This document shows, piece by piece, positions 59,221-60,135 of a DNA stretch of 60,135 nt; position 1 is the stretch's first letter, and every line of letters begins with the position of its first letter. The translations under genes and the position numbers were made by a program. Under the pieces are notes generated by a model. The model ran no database searches. It worked only from the letters and a program-made list of their open reading frames with translations, and had not been told where the DNA came from. Source of the stretch: Verrucomicrobiota bacterium (GTDB lineage: Bacteria > Verrucomicrobiota > Lentisphaeria > Lentisphaerales > Lentisphaeraceae); contig JBDKFG010000027.1 in NCBI GenBank assembly GCA_039798785.1, forward strand, positions 1-60,135, in the 5' to 3' direction.

Positions 59221-60135
59221 ATGAGCAAGATGAGAAACTACCTCGGCATCGGCGGCGCGCATTTCTTCGGCGTCCTGCACGACAACTTCCTCAAACAGAG
59301 TGCCATCTTCCTCTGCGGCGCCTTGGCGGTCAAGCAGCTCGGCGGCGACGCATCGCTTGCCGACAAGGAGCAGATGGAGCTGCAGACCAATGCCCTGGTG
59401 TCGATCTTGTTCTTCCTGCCCTTCATCGTCTTCGCCTGGTGGGCGGCGCTGGCTTCCGACCGCCTGCCGCGCGACCAGGTGATGAAGAATTCCAAGCTGG
59501 CCGAGATCTTTCTCGCGGTCCCCGCAGCCTGGATCACCTATCAGCTCGCCAAGCAGGACATGAGCAGCGTCTGGGGCATCCTCGCCTGTGTCGCCGGCAT
59601 CGCGATGATCACCACCTTCTTCTCGCCTGCCCGTCTCGGTGCCATGCCGCAGCTCTTCCCCGGCAATGCCCTGCCGCGCGCCAACGGCTTCGTCGAGATG
59701 CTGGGCTTCGTCGGCATCATCTTCGGCATGGGCCTCGGCGGTCTGGTCAGCAAGCATGCTGAGCTGGCCTTCCTGATTCCGCTCTTCGCCGTCCTCGGCT
59801 GGGCCGCGACCTTGACCCTGCCACGCCTGGCGGTGCCGGAACGGGTCGAAGGCCAGGGGCTGATCAGCGGTTTCAAAGCTCTCTTCTCCCGCCGCGCCCT
59901 GACCCAGGCGGCTCTCGGCGAAGCCTTGTTCTACTCGGTCGCGGTGCTGCTCGTCGCCGCCTTCATCAGCCGCGCCAAGTTCCATTTCGGGGTCGACGAC
60001 ACCACCCGCTCCCTCGCTCTGGTCTGCCTCACCCTCGGCATCGGCGCCGGCTGCGCCCTCGGCGGCTGGCTCTCCCGCGGCCGCGCCGAGCTCGGCCTGG
60101 TCCCCTTCGGCGCCCTCGGCATGATCGGCTCGGGC
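59221..60135 (+). CDS. MFS transporter, LplT/Aas-type (partial, runs off the window)
   Basis: Own translation MSKMRNYLGIGGAHFFGVLHDNFLKQ..LPFIVF..SDR..KLAEI..FFSPARLGAMP; absent from the ORF track because no stop falls inside the window. Confidence 0.82.
   Translation, partial: MSKMRNYLGIGGAHFFGVLHDNFLKQSAIFLCGALAVKQLGGDASLADKEQMELQTNALVSILFFLPFIVFAWWAALASDRLPRDQVMKNSKLAEIFLAVPAAWITYQLAKQDMSSVWGILACVAGIAMITTFFSPARLGAMPQLFPGNALPRANGFVEMLGFVGIIFGMGLGGLVSKHAELAFLIPLFAVLGWAATLTLPRLAVPERVEGQGLISGFKALFSRRALTQAALGEALFYSVAVLLVAAFISRAKFHFGVDDTTRSLALVCLTLGIGAGCALGGWLSRGRAELGLVPFGALGMIGSG

Noticed and set aside
1..60135. tRNA, rRNA, CRISPR array, transposase, integrase, phage or defence genes
   Set aside because: None recognised by eye; tRNAscan/Infernal could not be run, so small RNAs are not excluded

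Overview
GC-rich bacterial chromosomal segment, most likely a PVC-superphylum (Lentisphaerae-like) organism. This is inferred from the non-Gly FTLxELL prepilin-like genes, XylR-type regulators, the ECF/FecR-NPCBM pair, DUF1080 and Tat-exported Gfo/Idh/MocA proteins. Layout: (1) 0.2-14.3 kb is a polysaccharide-utilisation-like locus without SusC/D. It holds a XylR-type regulator, GH5-like enzyme, Tat six-hairpin GH-like enzyme, an AT-rich cassette (frameshifted prepilin/H-X9-DG gene plus membrane-anchored partner), an internally deleted copy of a DUF6786 gene, GH29 fucosidase, DUF2961/GH172, full DUF6786, AraC, uxaB and an L-galactonate-dehydrogenase-like enzyme. (2) 14.6-17.4 kb: YkgJ, Sel1 lipoprotein, recN. 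(3) 17.7-27.3 kb is a second sugar locus with ECF sigma/FecR-NPCBM, Gfo/Idh/MocA, DUF1080, a second prepilin+partner cassette, XylR and Gfo/Idh/MocA. (4) 27.6-43.9 kb is a divergent chemosensory cluster: cheB, cheR, two triple Aer2-type-PAS MCPs, cheW, cheA | REC-HK, REC, a second cheA and a CheD-REC fusion. (5) 44-60 kb: EF-hand protein, oxidoreductase, FixL-PAS pseudo-kinase, degenerate phosphohexomutase, Tsx-like porin, 1600-aa AsmA-like protein, SHOCT lipoprotein, def, GT2/ArnT pair, Tpx-like lipoprotein and a partial LplT-like MFS. A REP-like palindromic repeat family occurs three times. No rRNA, tRNA, CRISPR array or transposase was recognised. The best candidate for an undescribed system is the recurring prepilin-like + partner two-gene cassette inside glycan loci. 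All family assignments come from motif recognition by eye, not database searches.
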